Shown here one piece after another: positions 22,140 through 36,245 of a stretch of DNA of 64,000 nt. The notes under the pieces were generated by a model, which made no database searches, was not told where the DNA came from, and saw nothing but the letters and a program-made list of their open reading frames with translations. The translations under genes were made by a program, and so were the position numbers. How positions within the stretch are numbered: position 1 is the stretch's first letter; each line of letters opens with the position of its first letter. Location: contig JAXLNO010000592.1 of the NCBI GenBank assembly GCA_038087875.1, positions 1 to 64,000 of the forward strand, given 5' to 3'. The stretch is from Malacoraja senta. Taxonomy: Eukaryota.

Positions 22140-23050
22140 ATGAGATGAGCAAGATCTTCAATGAGTATTTCTCCCCTGTTTTTACTGTGGAGAAAGATTT
22201 GAAGATGAGGGAGCTTGCAACAGGAAATGGAGATGTCTGGAGGACAGTCCGTGTTATGGCCGATGATGTGCTGGACATCCTAAGACATATGAAAGTAGAT
22301 AATTCACCCAGACCTGATCACATATATCTGAGGACAATGTGGGGAGCTAGAGAAGAAATTGCAAGCGCCCTGACTGAGAGATATGAATCATTGTTAGACA
22401 TGGGTGAGGTGCCGGATAACTGGAGGTTGGCAAATGTTGTGCATCTATTTAAGAATGACTACAGGGCAAAACCTAGAAACTATAAATCAGTGGGCCTACA
22501 ATCTGCGGTAGGTAAGTTACTGGACAGGATTCTGAGAGATGGGGTAAATATGCATTTGTAGAGACAAGGGCTGGTCAGCGTAGTTTCGGACGTGGGAGAT
22601 CATGCATCGCCAATCTGGTAGTTTTTGGAAAAAGTAACCAAGAAGGTTGATGATGATAAGGTCATAGACATTGTACATATGGTCTTCAGCAAGGCCTTTG
22701 ATAAGTTTCTGCATGGTAGGCTGCCCTTGATGATTAGAGCTCATGGCATTCAGGGAGAACTAGCTGCCTAACCAATGAATTAGGTTCATGGAAGGAAGCA
22801 TAGGGTGATAGTGGAAGTGATTTTCACACAGGAGGCCTGTGACTAGAGGTGTCCCTCAGGGATCTGTGCTGGGCCCATTGCTGATTGTGGTTTATATGAG
22901 CAACTTAGATGAAAATGTGCAGCATGATTAGAAACTTTGCAGATGACATTGACATAGTTGGTATCATAAACAGTGAACATAGTTATCAAAAATTACAGCT
23001 GGATCTTGATCAGTGAGACAAGTGGGCTGAAGAATGGTTAATGGAGCTTC
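22140..23050 (+). mobile_element. Degraded CR1 RT fragment
   Basis: SKIFNEYFSPVFT, SPRPDHIY, WRLANVVHLFK, FSKAFDK-like, with frameshifts. Confidence 0.85.
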
Positions 23051-23294
23051 CAGGCCTGACCTACTGACACTGTTGATCATGCCACCATCAGCCCACAAAG
23101 CTTCCAGGCCATGTTTGCCTCCAACCTTCACCTGTACTCTAGTCCCTCGTGGGCCCATTGACTCCGCCGATCCTCACCTCGTCACCGGCCACCAGCCGGC
23201 CAAAGACATCAACTCACATGGTTTGCAGTCCCAGTTTTCGGCCATTGGCTGTTGGCCCCTACAATGTATGGTAGAGCTGTCTGGGATCCTTCCC

Positions 23295-23575
23295 CCCCCT
23301 GCGACTTACTTCTGATACAGACCAGTCAGTCTTGAACAGAGGCCTTACCTTTGTACCCCTACACCCCCCACTTCAACGAGTTCAGGGCTTACCATGATGT
23401 AGAGCTCTTCTTCAGTTGCCTCCGCTTCCGAGCCTTTTTCTACGGGAAGGAGTCCTCACCTCCTGGTGAAAACACCGTCCTCCATATCCAACATTCCCCC
23501 TCCTCTTTGACCCCCTGTGCCGGCCTTCTACCCTCTCCCGACCTGTTTATTTCGAACTGCCGGCATGACATATCT
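23295..23575 (+). mobile_element. Penelope-like N-terminal ORF fragment
   Basis: SVLNRGLTFVPLHPHFNEFRAYHDVELFFSCLRFRAFF resembles the PLE N-terminal (LSKGLSF.P..FFRRLRL) region. Confidence 0.65.
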
Positions 23576-23994
23576 CTAAACCAAACTCAATTATGAACAA
23601 ATGGTGATTCAATTCTAAGTCAGGATGGATCCCAGGTCAGGTTCTCACACATCTGCTGACCTTGTTGTTCTTGTGCTTGAGATGTTGAGTTTGGAATGTT
23701 CTGATGGGCTAGACGACACGTATCTGCAGTGTGTTTTGTCGCTGGTTAAAGCTTGTGGTGCAGTGAATAAACGAGGAAATGAAATTGAGCATTGTGCAAT
23801 CAACAACAGACAATCACTTTTGACTTTATAATGGAAGGAAGGTCACTAAAGTCCCAGATCTTGATTACTGAGTACTCTACATTTTCCAGGCACCTAACAT
23901 TGATTTACCTTGATTGGGTTACTTGGATCTGCATAAGGAATGGGAACAGCTTCAAACAATCTACTTGATTGTCGTTAATTAATTTTATTAATAA

Positions 23995-24318
23995 TATCAT
24001 AGAGTCATAGAGTGATACAGTTTGGAAACAGGTCCTTCGGCCCAACTCGCCCACACCGGCCAACAATGTCCCAGCTACACTGGTCCCACTTGCCTGCGAT
24101 TGGTCCATATCCACCCAAACCTGTCCTATCCATGTACCTGTCCAACTGTTTCTTAAACAATAGCATAGTCCCAGCCTCAACTCCCTCCTCTGGCAGCTTG
24201 TTCCATAAACCCACCACCCTTTGTGTGAAAAAGTTACCCCTCGGATACCTATTAAATCTTTTCGCCTTCACCGTGAACCTATGTCCTCTGGTCCTCGATT
24301 CCCCTACTCTGGGCAAAG
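23995..24318 (-). mobile_element. CR1 3' end with tail
   Basis: ESRTRGHRF..GNFFTQRVVGLWNKLP. Confidence 0.88.
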
Positions 24319-25099
24319 TAATCTATGCATCGAATAACAGTTGATTGCGTTATCATTTCAATGTGTGCTGATCTTTCAGGAAACGTTCCAAGTCAATCCA
24401 TGTTCATCACACTCATAGTCACTTTGAGGTAACATTGGCTGGGCAGGTTGTCGCTTCTAGTAATCTTGATAAGGAATGTCTGGCCAAGTGTACAATGCTC
24501 AATTATTTCATAAAGTCAGATTCAAGTTAGGGCCGTGGACCAGTGTCTGTTCCATGCAAGATTAATCCTGATATTGTGAACTTTACACTAATACCAAATA
24601 ATGTGGGCTAAACCCTGCAGCTCCAAACCAGTGCCGCCACCAAAGCAATAGGTTATAAGGTCAAGTTAAATCCCTACATTGTTTACAACTTTGGAGTTTT
24701 GATTTATGCAAAATGTTAGTGGAAATGTGGTAACTCTTGTATTGTCTCAATGTAATCTATATTTCCTGTAGTCTTGTACTAAAGTATGATTGTCCTTGTG
24801 TATTGTAAATGTTTGACAGAACTGTAGGCAAAAAGTAATTTCACTGAACCCAGGTATATGTGACAATAAAGTACCATTGAACCATTGAATCAATGCACCC
24901 ACTGTCACTTGAATACATAAGCAGGTTATAGACAAGAATTATTTTAAAATTCATTTGCCCAGGTTTATGCACAGGTATGACGTATTAATAGTCTCAGTTC
25001 AGTTTAGTTTATTGTGAAATAGTGAAAGCTGTTTACAGTGAAAAGCTTTTGTTGTGTGCTAACCAGTCAGCAGAAAGTCAATACATGATTGTAATCGAT

Positions 25100-25295
25100 C
25101 TGAAGATAGACACAAAAAGCTGGAGTAACTCAGCAGGACAGGCAGCATCTCTGGAGAGAAGGAATGGGTGACGTTTCGGGTTGAGACCCTTCTTCAATTC
25201 TTCTCTCCAGAGATGCTGCCTGCCCCGCTGAGTTACTCCAGCTTTTTTATGTCTACCTTCAGTTTAAATCAGTATCTGCAGTTCCTTCGTACACA
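25100..25295. mobile_element. Inverted dimer of PLE pLTR fragments
   Basis: 25100-25165 and 25197-25262 are near reverse complements flanking a truncated hammerhead core. Confidence 0.75.
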
Positions 25296-25379
25296 TTACA
25301 ATCGATCCATTTACAATGTATCACAGCACCTGGAGAACGAATCTCATCCTTTAATCCCATTTTTTCCCCTCAGTCCAAC

Positions 25380-26790
25380 ACACTGAACACAATGGAAATT
25401 AGCTGACTGACCGGAGATGTGTTCTCCATGACTTTGCACAACTGGAGCTGTGGAAGCTCTACAGAGCTGTAGATGTTGTGTACATGGAATTCAGAAAGGT
25501 ATTTGAAAAGGTAGCATGGTAGGCTGCTCTGGAAGATTTGATCACATGAGATCCAAGGAGAGATAGCTGAATGGATAGCAAATGGCTCCATGGAAGGAAG
25601 CAGAGGATGATGGTGGAAGGTTGCTTCACTGATTGGAGGCATGTGACTAGTGGTGTGACTCAGGGTTCGGTGCTGGGCCCGTTACTGTTTGTCATCTACA
25701 TAATTGATTTGGATTATATAATTATCCAAGATTAGCGAGTTTGCTGATGATACACAAGTGAGTGGTTTTGCAGATAGTGAAGATGGTTGTGAACAATTGC
25801 AGGTAGACGATGGTTGTGAACGATTGCAGCAGGATCTGGATCGATTGGCCAGTGGGCCGAGGAATGGTTGATGGAATTTAATACAGAGAAGTGTGAGGTG
25901 TTGCTCTTTGGGACGTCTAACACAGTAAATGGTCTGTCTCTGGGGAGTGTTGAGAGGAGAGGGATCTAGGAGTACAAGTGCAAGGTTGTACTTAAATATA
26001 AATAAATAAATAAAAATTTTAAAAAACTTTTTTTTTTTAATGTTCGGCACGGACTTGAAGGGCCGAGATGGCCTGTTTCCGTGCTGTTATGGTTATATGG
26101 TTATGTGGTTCCTTAAATGTCGAGTCACATGTAGATAAGGTGGTCAAAAAGGCTTTTGGCACATTGTCCTTCATCAGTCAGAATAATGAGTACAGAAGTT
26201 GGGAGGTCATGTTGCAGTCGTATAAGACATTGGTGAGACCGCATTTAGAATATTGTGTTCAGTTCTGGGCACCATGTTATAGGAAATATGTTGTCAAGCT
26301 TGAAACTGGTCAGAAAATATTTACAAGGATGTTGCCAGGACTAGAGGGTGTGAGTTATAGGGAGAGGTTGAGTAGGCTGGGTCTCTATTCCTTGGAGCGC
26401 AGGAGGATGAGGGGTGATCTTGTAAGAGGTATACAAAACCATGAGAGGAATAGTTCGGGTAGATGCACAGAGTCTTTTGCCCAGAGTAGGGGAATCGAGG
26501 ACCAAATGACATAGTTTCAAGGTCAATGGGAAAAGATTTAATAGGAATCCGAAGGGTAACTTTTTCACACAAAGTGTGGTGGGTGTATGGAACAAGCTCC
26601 CAGAGGAGGTAATTGAGGCTGGGACTATCCCCTCGTTTAAGAAACAGTTAGACATGTACATTAATATGACAGGTTTGGAGGGATATGGACCAAAGGCAGG
26701 CAGGTGGGACTAGTGTAGCTGGGACATGTTGGCCGCTGTGGACATGTTGGGCCGAAGGGTCTGTTCCCAAACTGTATCACTCTATGACTC
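25380..26790 (+). mobile_element. CR1 LINE RT-to-tail fragment, degraded, with a short nested CR1 tail at about 25990-26105
   Basis: [28 protein letters not shown], family tail. Confidence 0.85.
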
Positions 26791-26797
26791 CATAACT

Positions 26798-27105
26798 AAA
26801 CCAGGGGCCACAGTCTTAGAATAAAGGGGAGGTCATTTAAGACTCGGGTGAGAAAAATCTTTTTCACCCAGAGAGTTGTGAATTTATGGAATTCCCTGCC
26901 ACAGAGGGCAGTGGAGGCCAAATCACTGGATGGATTTAACAGAGAGTTAGATAGAGCTCTAGGGGCTAGTGGAGTCAAGGGATATGGGGAGAAGGCAGGC
27001 ATGGGTTATTGATAGGGGATGATCAGCCATGATCATAATGAATGGTGGTGCTGGCTCGAAGGGCCGAATGGCCTCCTCCTGCACCTATTTTCTATGTTTC
27101 TATGT
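26798..27105 (+). mobile_element. CR1 3' fragment
   Basis: Highly similar to 17070-17380. Confidence 0.85.
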
Positions 27106-29254
27106 CTCTATGTTTAAAAGTCATGGAAGGAAGGAGATAATTTTCATTGGAGATGGGTTGTATGATGTGAAAGTGTTCATCGAATGTAAAATTTCTGTTT
27201 GCATTCGACTAGGTCAGTTTATCTTGGCATTACGTTTGGCATATACATTGTGGGCCAAAGGGTGAGTTCCTGACCTGTAATATTCTGTATCTGATAGTCT
27301 ACAAAGCACACATTCACCCTGCCTCTGTTCCTGTACCTCTTCTGACTGATCTGTTGGGCTGAGACTCCAGCCCCAACCTCTTACACAATGTGAGATTTGT
27401 GGAATGACAAATACATTTCCATCACTTAGTGACTGGAGCACCTCAGGCACTGGGCCAAGTGTTTGCTGATAAACTGTCCACTATTGCCTGGGGTCTTGAG
27501 TGAACAAGGCACTCTTTCAATACCTTCTCAACTATCTAAAAGATCAATAACAGGGTGGAACGTAATTAATTCAATTTGAAGTTCATATTTATGTTATAAA
27601 ATTAGATATGATAAATATAGATTAATTGCATAAATGTAGGTGTCATTGATAAACTTGATTTGTTCACACCATTTTGAATCACATGCCCCGTTCCAAAATT
27701 CCTCCATTCACACCATGGTGAATCACATACCCCATTCAAAAATGTATCCACCAACACCATTCTGAAGAACATCCCCATTCAAAAAAATTATCCATTCACA
27801 CAATACTGATTCACATACCAAATGTGCAGGAAAGAACTGCAGATGCCAGTTTACACGGAAGACAGACACAAAATGCTGGAGTAACTCACAGGCAGCATCT
27901 CTAGAGAGAAGGAATGGGTAACATTGTGGGTCGAGACCCTACTTCAGACCAAGATGTATTCAGATCCAATAGACTACTTTTAAATTTTATAAGTTCACAT
28001 TTCCATCCAAATCCCACTGACTTTCATTTCACAGTCAACATCTCCATTCTGATTGACATGCGATTTACACATAGGCCAGGAGGATTTCCCCCCCCCCCCC
28101 CCAATGGATCTCAACCCAAAACATCACCCATTCCTTCTATCCAGAGATGCTGCCTGTGCCTGTGAGTTACTACAACATTTTGTGTCTATCTTCGGCTTAA
28201 ACCAGCATCTGCAGTTCCTTTGTTTACATTAAGAATGTTTTGGACTTGTTTAGCATGGTTTGAACTCATTGTTTGAAAGCAGAATTCATTAACATTGTCC
28301 AATAGGGAGAGTGAGTATTTCTTTAATAAATGCCACAATTTGTTTGCTTTTCCTCGTGAAAGGCTGTGCTTGGTATTGGGTTTCCTGAATTCAACTGTAA
28401 TCAATATCAGACTGACAGACAAAAAGCCTTGATCTCACCATTAACTATGGAGTAGCATGCAGTCTAGTTCAGGCTAGGCTGTGATGTCTCCCGGTAAATG
28501 AAAATAGCTATCAAACATACCATGTGAGAACTGATCTTCAAAGTTCGGTCATGTGAGAAAGTTACTGTAGAGTGTGTCTACTTACAGCTAAAGCAGAACA
28601 AGAGGTCAGTGCACTTTTATCAGAGAAATTGATTAAAACATTTTTTAATAACCTATGCCTTTCCAGAGAATGCCATCTTGTAACAAAAGGCCTGTTATCA
28701 ATAGATTATGAGAGGTGGCTGTTGATTGAATTGAATACTTTGAAGGCTCAGTGACATTCTTTGCTTGCACACACAAGGTATGGAAATAGTTGCCCATAAA
28801 GGGCGCTTACAAAGTTACAAATTTCCGTTCCCCCACGCCAGGTCCTCCTTTGCTCCTTCCCTCGGCAGCGGCGTCCTCAATTCCACGTCTCCATCCTCGT
28901 CCATCGGTAGGCGCCATCATCGACCGCCACACCGGCCTCTTCACTAACACTGCCGGGTCCTCTCCGGACACCTTCGTGGCACTGACCCAAGCCCCCGCTG
29001 CGGGCTCCATCCACCCAGGCAAGAAGTAACTGAGTTGTGTGCAAAACATTTTTTTCATTGGGTGTCAGCCACAGCATATCTCCATTCTCAGTCAGAGAGC
29101 CACGGGTCAATATCCCACCAAAGAAACATCAGTGGAATCTAGTGCTATACAGGGTGTTCTGCAGAGTTTGTGATGCAATTTTACTACCACATGTTAAACC
29201 AAAATACTACCAGGCCGACACTATGGCACAACTGGCAGAGCTGCTCCCTCAGTG

Positions 29255-29800
29255 CTAGAGAATATTGTGAGCAATTCTGGGCACTATATCTGAGGAAGGA
29301 TGTGCTGGCTCTGGAGAGTGACCAGAGGAGGTTTACAACAATGATCCCAGAAATGAGTAGGTTAACCTATCATGAACATTTGTTAGCACTTGGCCTGTAC
29401 TCTCTGGAGTTTAGAAGAATGAGGGGGGACCTCATTAAAACCTACAGAATAGTGAATGGTTTGGATAGAGTGGATGTGGAGACGATGTATCCACTAGTGA
29501 GAGAGTCTAGGACTGGAGGCCATAGCCTCAGATTTAAAGGACGTTCTTTTAGGAAGATGAGGAGAAATTTCTTAAGGCAGAGGGTGGCAAATCCATGGAA
29601 TTTGCTGCCACAGAAGGCTGTGGAGGCCGTCTGGATATTTTTAAGTCGAAGATAGATAGATTCTTGATTGGTACAAGTGTCCGAGGTTATGGGGAGAAGG
29701 CAGGAGAATTGGGGTGAGGATGGAGAGATAGATCAGTAATGATTGAATGGTGGAGTGAACTAGATGGGCCGAATGGCCTAATTCTACACCCATTCCTTAT
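29255..29800 (+). mobile_element. CR1 3' fragment
   Basis: EYCEQFWALYLRKDVLALE..EFRRMRGDLIKTY. Confidence 0.88.
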
Positions 29801-31896
29801 GACCTGGCCTTGATCCTGCCCTCAAGTACTGTCCGTGTGGAGTTTGCACCTTCCCCCTGTGACTGCGCTGGCTACCTCCAGGTGCTCCAGCTTCCTCGTA
29901 CACCACATGCTGACTTGTTGCTTAATTGGCCTCCGTGAAGTCAAGATGTGATGCATAAATGTGATAACACTGAACTGGTGTGAACAGATGGTCAATGACT
30001 GGTGTGGATTCGGTGGGCTGAATGGCCTGATATATATTTCAGCCCTCTAAAAAATAATCCCAAAACGTTATTTAAGGAATACAGGTTAATCCCAGAATCC
30101 TCATTGATATTTATCTTGCAGTTGATACCACCGAAGAACACAGATCATCTGTCGCTCGTCACATTTCCCTTTGAATGAAAATTGGAAGCAGTGTTTGAGA
30201 GTGTCAGCTGTGAGGACAGGTTGGACAAACTTAGATCATTTGCTCCTGTGGAGTTGGAATATGAGGAGGGTGGGGGACACCTGATGGAAGTATATATAAT
30301 TATGAGAGACACAGAGTAGAGAGGAGTAAATCTTAAATGATTTTTTACACAGTGGTGGGTGCTTGGAGCATGCTGTCAGAGGAAGTAGTGGAAACAGATA
30401 TGATAGCAATGTTTAAAGGCATTTAAACAGGCATATATGTGGTACTGCTCTATGTTTTATGTTAACTAATAAATTGATTTTGACTGTCGTGCCACACAGT
30501 GGCTCTTATTTTTTTTTAAATTATTATCTTTTTTTATCAATTTATACTCTGTTTATGGGCCTGTTAGACTGCTGCATGTAATAATGTAGTTGTTCTGTTG
30601 TTGGAACATTTAATTAGACATTTCATTAAAGAAGCTTTCTCTTGTCTCTCTTGGGTCCTGACATGTGAACAGAGAGGAAATGAAGGGGTGTGTGGAAAGG
30701 AACAGCAGATCCTGGTTTAAACCAAAGGTAGACACAAAAATCTTGAGTAACTCAGCGGGAAAGGCAGCATCTCAGGAGAGAAGGACTGGTGATGTTTTGG
30801 GTCGAGACCCTTCTTCAGTCTGGATAGACCATGTGCAGGAAGATGGGATTAGTTTGTAATGGCAACATAGCCAGCACAGACGTTGTGATGCTAGGGCTTA
30901 TCCCTGTGTCATCCTGCTCAATGTTCTTTGTTTATTCATTCAATAGTGTTTACATTTCAAGAAATACTCAGTGGTTCTAAATGTTTTTAAAATGTTGTGA
31001 AAGGTTTTGCAAGAATGAATCTATATATTTTACTTTTTTCTCAGTTTTTCATATTCTGATTTACATTGTAAAGAATCTCATTGCGTATGCACACAGAAAC
31101 CAACCAAACAGTATCATACTTCAAGGCCAGAGTTTATGTTGCACTTGAACCTGCAAACACCCTTGTTGGTATAACTTTATCAGTGTAACCGTCTGTTGGC
31201 TTGTTACCTATTTGTTTATCGAAGCAGCTTGCTGTTAAATAAAGGTGTTATATTTACCCCAGCTTCTCACTGTGTAGCAGATCCCCCCTTGTCAATCTTT
31301 TCTGAGAGTTTCCCTTCTTTATCTCTGTTTCCTTTGTTGCTACATTTTCCTTGATCTCCATTCCCTTTGTCCTGTTTTCACATCTCACACATCCTTATCT
31401 ATACACTTCCTTAGCTATCGACCTCCCATTCCCCTGACATCAGTCTGAAGAAGGATCTCGACCCAAAATGTCACCCATTCCTTCTCTTCAGAGATGCTGC
31501 CTGTCCCGACGATTTACTCCAGCATTTTGTGTCTATGTTCTGATTGGACTCTTGTTGTTTCCTTGCATTCTTATTTTGATTCAGTTAATAATTAATTAAT
31601 TATAGTTTAAAAAAATCGTAACAAAAAGACAATTACCCCTGCAGCAAATACGACTAAAGTGCAAAACTGTGGCCGGAGCGGAATTGCTCACCGACCCCGC
31701 TGATGCTTTGCTTTCCTCCAGCCAGTCCGCCGCTGGGCTCCCGAGGAAACCGCTCCATCACCACCTTGTCGAAGCCGCTCTCATCCCGCTGCAGTTTCAC
31801 ACAAGCCGCAGCACCGAGGTGGGGGGGCGCTTTCACTTTGGGTGGTCGGGAGGATGGAAGAGGGGGTGGAAGGGTAGGGACGGAGAGAGAGATTTA

Positions 31897-32201
31897 AGGG
31901 CCTGTCCCACTGTACGAGGTAATTCAAGAGCTCTCCCAAGATTTTAAAAAATCAAACTCGTGGTAAGTACGTAGCGGGTACGTCGGAGCTCGGGATGTCT
32001 CTTAGCAGCTCGTAACGCTAACGGCAGGTACTCGGGAAACGCGGTAAGCTCGTGAAGACTCATGAAGGTTTTTAAACATGTTGAAAAATGTCCACGAGAG
32101 CCCCGAGTATCTACGAGCGGCTATTACCGTTATTCTCTGAGTTCGAATCAGGGGAAACTCGGGAGAACTCTTGAATTAGCTCGTACAGTGGGACAGGCCC
32201 T
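31897..32201. mobile_element. MITE copy 2 (same family as 18975-19287)
   Basis: gggcctgtcccactgtacgag..ctcgtacagtgggacaggccc, flanked by ttaa / ttga. Confidence 0.8.
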
Positions 32202-32969
32202 TGAGTCGACAGGTGTTGTGATATGGAATTGGCTGTGTGTGTGTGTGTGTGTGTGAGAACTACTCTCGGATAAGTGTTGTGTGTGTTTTGTGTTACGCCT
32301 GCGGGTCGGATGATTTCGGCTTACAGCCCGGATCCGTGGGCCGTAGGTTGCCAACCCCTGATTTAACACAAACTGTTAAAACACAAAGAAGGAAGGGAAA
32401 GACAGACTGTTGGCGAGGCAGCCATTGCTGGCGCCACCCAGTGGTTGGGTTGGTTAGTTAGTTTGCAGGCGCCACCAACATTGATGGAGTTGCGAACAGT
32501 GAAGAAGGCTGTAGTGTACAATGGGAAATACATCAGATACAGAAATGGGCCGAAAAATTGCAAATGGAGTTCATTTTGAGCAAGTATGTTACACTTTGAG
32601 TGGTCGAATGTAAAGGAAAAGTATACAGTTATTGTCAAGACCCTTAACAGCATTAATCTACAGAGAGATCTTGGGGTTGAATCTTGGGTTTCTAGAGACA
32701 GGAAGTCATAATACAGTTTTATAGGGCTTTGGGTAGTCCACATTTGGAGTATTATGTGCAGTTTTTGTTGACCCATTACATAAAGGATGTAGAGGCATTG
32801 GAAAGGGTGCAGAGGTTTACAAGAATGATGCCTTGACTAGGGTGTGTTGGCTACATGAAACAGATGGACAGACATGGATTGCTTCCGCTAGAATGCCGGA
32901 GTTTGATGGGACACCTGATAGAAGTACATAAAACTATGAGAAGTATAGATAGGATAGATAGTCAGAACA

Positions 32970-33297
32970 GGGGCAGTCACTGTGGCGCAGCGGTAGAGTT
33001 GCTGCTTTACAGCGCTTGCAGCGTGGGAGACCCAGGTTCCATCCCGACCACGGGTGCTGTCTGTAAGGAGTTTGTACGTTCTCTCCGTGACAGCATGGGT
33101 TTTCTCCAAGATCTTCGGTTTCCTCCCACACTCCAAAGATGTACAGGTATGTAGATTAATTGGCTTGGTGTATGTGTAAATCATCCCTAGTGTGTGTAGG
33201 GTAGTGCTAATTCCCAGGGATCACTAGTCGGTGCGGACTCGGTGGGACGAAGGGCCTGTTTCCGCGCTGTATCTCTAAACTAAAATAAACTAAACTT
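32970..33297 (+). mobile_element. HE1-type V-SINE, full length
   Basis: Box A tggcgcagcggt, box B ggttccatcc, (taaac) tail. Confidence 0.88.
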
Positions 33298-34833
33298 AAC
33301 ATGGATGGAAACATTGAATACAAGAGGGCATAGCTTTAAGATGAGAGTTTAAAGGAAATGTGCAGGGCATGTTTTTTCACAGACAGTGATGAATGCCTTG
33401 ATGACACTGTCTGAGGTGTGTTTGAGGCTGCTTGTAAATATATTGTCTTGCCTTCGGAGGTGTTGGGTCAAAATCTTGCAAACCCCTCCAAAAAGTCTGT
33501 AACAGTCAAGTTTCTGCCTCATCTCAGTCCTTGCGAGGAATCTCACACCTAAGCAATAAATTCAGGGTCACCCAGATTGCAAACACTGATGGAAACAAGC
33601 CAATTGCCATTTGGTGTAACATTAAACTCACAGTTAAATATTAACAGCAAATAAATATATCATTACCTCAAGAAAGTTGATGCTTCACGCTGAATGGGGT
33701 GTGGGAATTAGATGACTCGGGAATGGAATTTAGTTTTGTCTGAATATTTAATGTACCTAGTAAATACACTTGAGATATCAGCAATCAAGTAATTATTATG
33801 TGTTTTCACAATCACCACAATAGATCAGTATAGCACAGGAACAGGCCCTTTGGCCCACAATGTCTGTGTTGAACATGATGCCAAGACCAACTCCTATCTG
33901 CCGGCACATAATATACCTCCATTCCCTGCACATCCTACAACAATAAGGACAGCATGGTGATGCAGCACTGGAGTTGCTGCCTTAAGTGCCACACAGCCGG
34001 GTTTGATCTTGACTATGGGTATGTAGGTTAATTGGGTTGGTATAAATGTAAACCTGTTCCAAGTGTGTGTAGGATAGTGTTAGTGTGCGGGAATTGGTGC
34101 GGACCCTGTTTCCGCCCTGTATCTCTAAACTAAATAAACTAAATGTGCTAACCAGTCAGTGGAAAGACAATACATGATTACAATCGAGCCATCCATAGTG
34201 TACAGATATATGATAAAGGGAATAACGTGAATAACGTTTAGTGCAAGATAAAGGCAGTAAAGTCCGATCAAAGATTGTCCGATGATCTCCAATGCAGGAG
34301 ACAGTAGTTCAAGACTGCACCCTGGTTGTTGGTAGGATGGTTTCAGTTACCTGATAACAATTGGGAAGAGACTGTCCCTGAATGTGGAGGTGTGAATTTT
34401 CACAATTGGTTATATGAAGAGTAAAGTTGTTGTTATTCTGTTCTGATGAGCGTTTGACGGCACTAGGCCTCTACTCGCTGGAGTTTAGAAGGATGAGGGA
34501 GATCTCATTGAAACTTACTGTAAAGATGTTAAGTCTGACTCACTTGTAGCTTTACTTAACGTTTAATGATAACACAGGTTAAACACTTTCCAGCACTTAC
34601 TGCACCCAGTCTGTCATCATGATGGAACCAGGGAGGAGCAAGAGGGAGAGAGAGTTCTTATACTTGATAACTAAGGCGTGGTTAGTAGTACTGAGGTAGC
34701 TATATTATTGGTTGCATGCATAAACCATCTACATCCTTCCCCTTAGAAATCAAATACACATGGAGGCAATTGGGACAGTGTCATTACAATAAACATGCGA
34801 GTTTAGACAAAGTCGCCGTAGCGGACAGGCGGC

Positions 34834-36245
34834 TTAACAATGCGACCCAAACGCGTACGTACAGCACCTCCCCCCCCCATCGGAAAGAAGAGAAGGCGTA
34901 GCGGAGGCAGGCAAGAATGTTAAGGGAGGGGGAGATGCAGTCGGAGCGGGAGAGACAGGAGGGGGAGGACGTGCAGGAGGTGAAACCGCCCGGCCAAAAC
35001 CAGGAGGCAACGGAGAAGGAGACCGCAATAAGCGAGGGGACTGGGGCATGCATGGAGCAGCAGGGCGATCAGCAGCAGCAGGTAGGAACCGCAACGGAGG
35101 AGCATAAGGAGCCGCAGGAAGAAGCTTCGGCTCGTTCACAGCCAACAGGTGTTGACGGCTCCGTCGATAGGCAGTCCCCTCGTAATCCACCAGGTAGGAT
35201 CTTGGAGAGTCGTCCACACCAATCACAGTCGCGAGGCGGGAATAGCCGGTGGTGGTCCGCATCCGAACGACCTGCCAGGGTAGTAGAGGCAGTAGAGGGC
35301 GGCAGGACCTGTCGTGGGACCGTCGTTGAACTTCATGTTTCTGATCGATCCGTTGTTGGACAGTGGCAGGATTGAGCACTTTCGGTAGCAGGGACTGCTG
35401 GACGATTGGCATAGGTGGTCTTGTAACCCTTGACATCAGACGCTGGGCAGGGGAACCCATAGCCGGGTCCCGTGAGACGTTACGTAGGTTTAGTAAGCCC
35501 AGGTAGAAATCGCAGTTAGACAGGCGGGACTGCTCCATCAGGCCCTTAGCACTCCGCACGGCCCGTTCGGCCAGGCCGTTACTCTGAGGGTACTCAGGGC
35601 TACTGGTGTAGTGATGGAAGTTCCACCTCGCAGCGAAAGCTTTGAATTCGGCACTTGTGAATTGCCGTCCATTGTCGGTCTGCAAACGGACAGGGACACC
35701 GTGGGCGGCGAAATGCTCCCGCATTTTGGCGATGACCATCCCGGAGGTGACGGACGGAAGGAGGTCCACCTCGAACCAGTTGGAGTATGAGTCCACCAGG
35801 ATGAGAAACTGCTTCCCCTGCCATTCGAATATATCGGCAGCCAGCGATGTCCAGGGCATGGCCGGCGCCGGCTGCTGCAAAAGAGGCTGGCGCTGCTGGT
35901 GTGGGGTAAGGTTGTTGCAGGAGGCACAAGAGGACACACGGTTCCTGATGTATTTGGCCATGCTAGGCCAGTAGAATTGTCCCTGGGCATGAGAAACAGT
36001 GGCCTCGACCCCAGGATGACTGTTGTGGGCTGCGTTGTAGTATAGATCATACAGAGAGGCTGGGACCACGACCTTGTGGCCTTTGATGATAACCCCATCC
36101 TGGATCACCAGCTCATCGCGGACAAGGAAGAACGGTTGGGCACCCGATGGCAAATTGGTGCGTCTGTCGGGCCACCCATGCTTGATGATGGCTGCCAGCT
36201 GCTGCAAAGCAGGGTCAGCGGCGGTGTGCTCGACCAGGCACTGCA
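34834..36245 (-). CDS. Gypsy integrase region (HHCC, DDE, Pro-rich tail), open frame with no natural start
   Basis: HNSHPG..CASC, AADIF, QTDNG, SNGLAERAV. The apparent N-terminus above 36243 is an inverted duplication. Confidence 0.85.

Noticed and set aside
23625-23831. Short ORFs and candidate phase-1 exon in unique-looking DNA
   Set aside because: No homology recognised. The length is expected by chance.
27214-27480. Non-repetitive 78-aa ORF (PEVLQSLSDGNVFVIPQ..)
   Set aside because: No domain signature and no convincing splice sites.
34917-36098. Several long alternative-frame and antisense ORFs within the Gypsy integrase region
   Set aside because: By-products of high GC content overlapping the real integrase frame.
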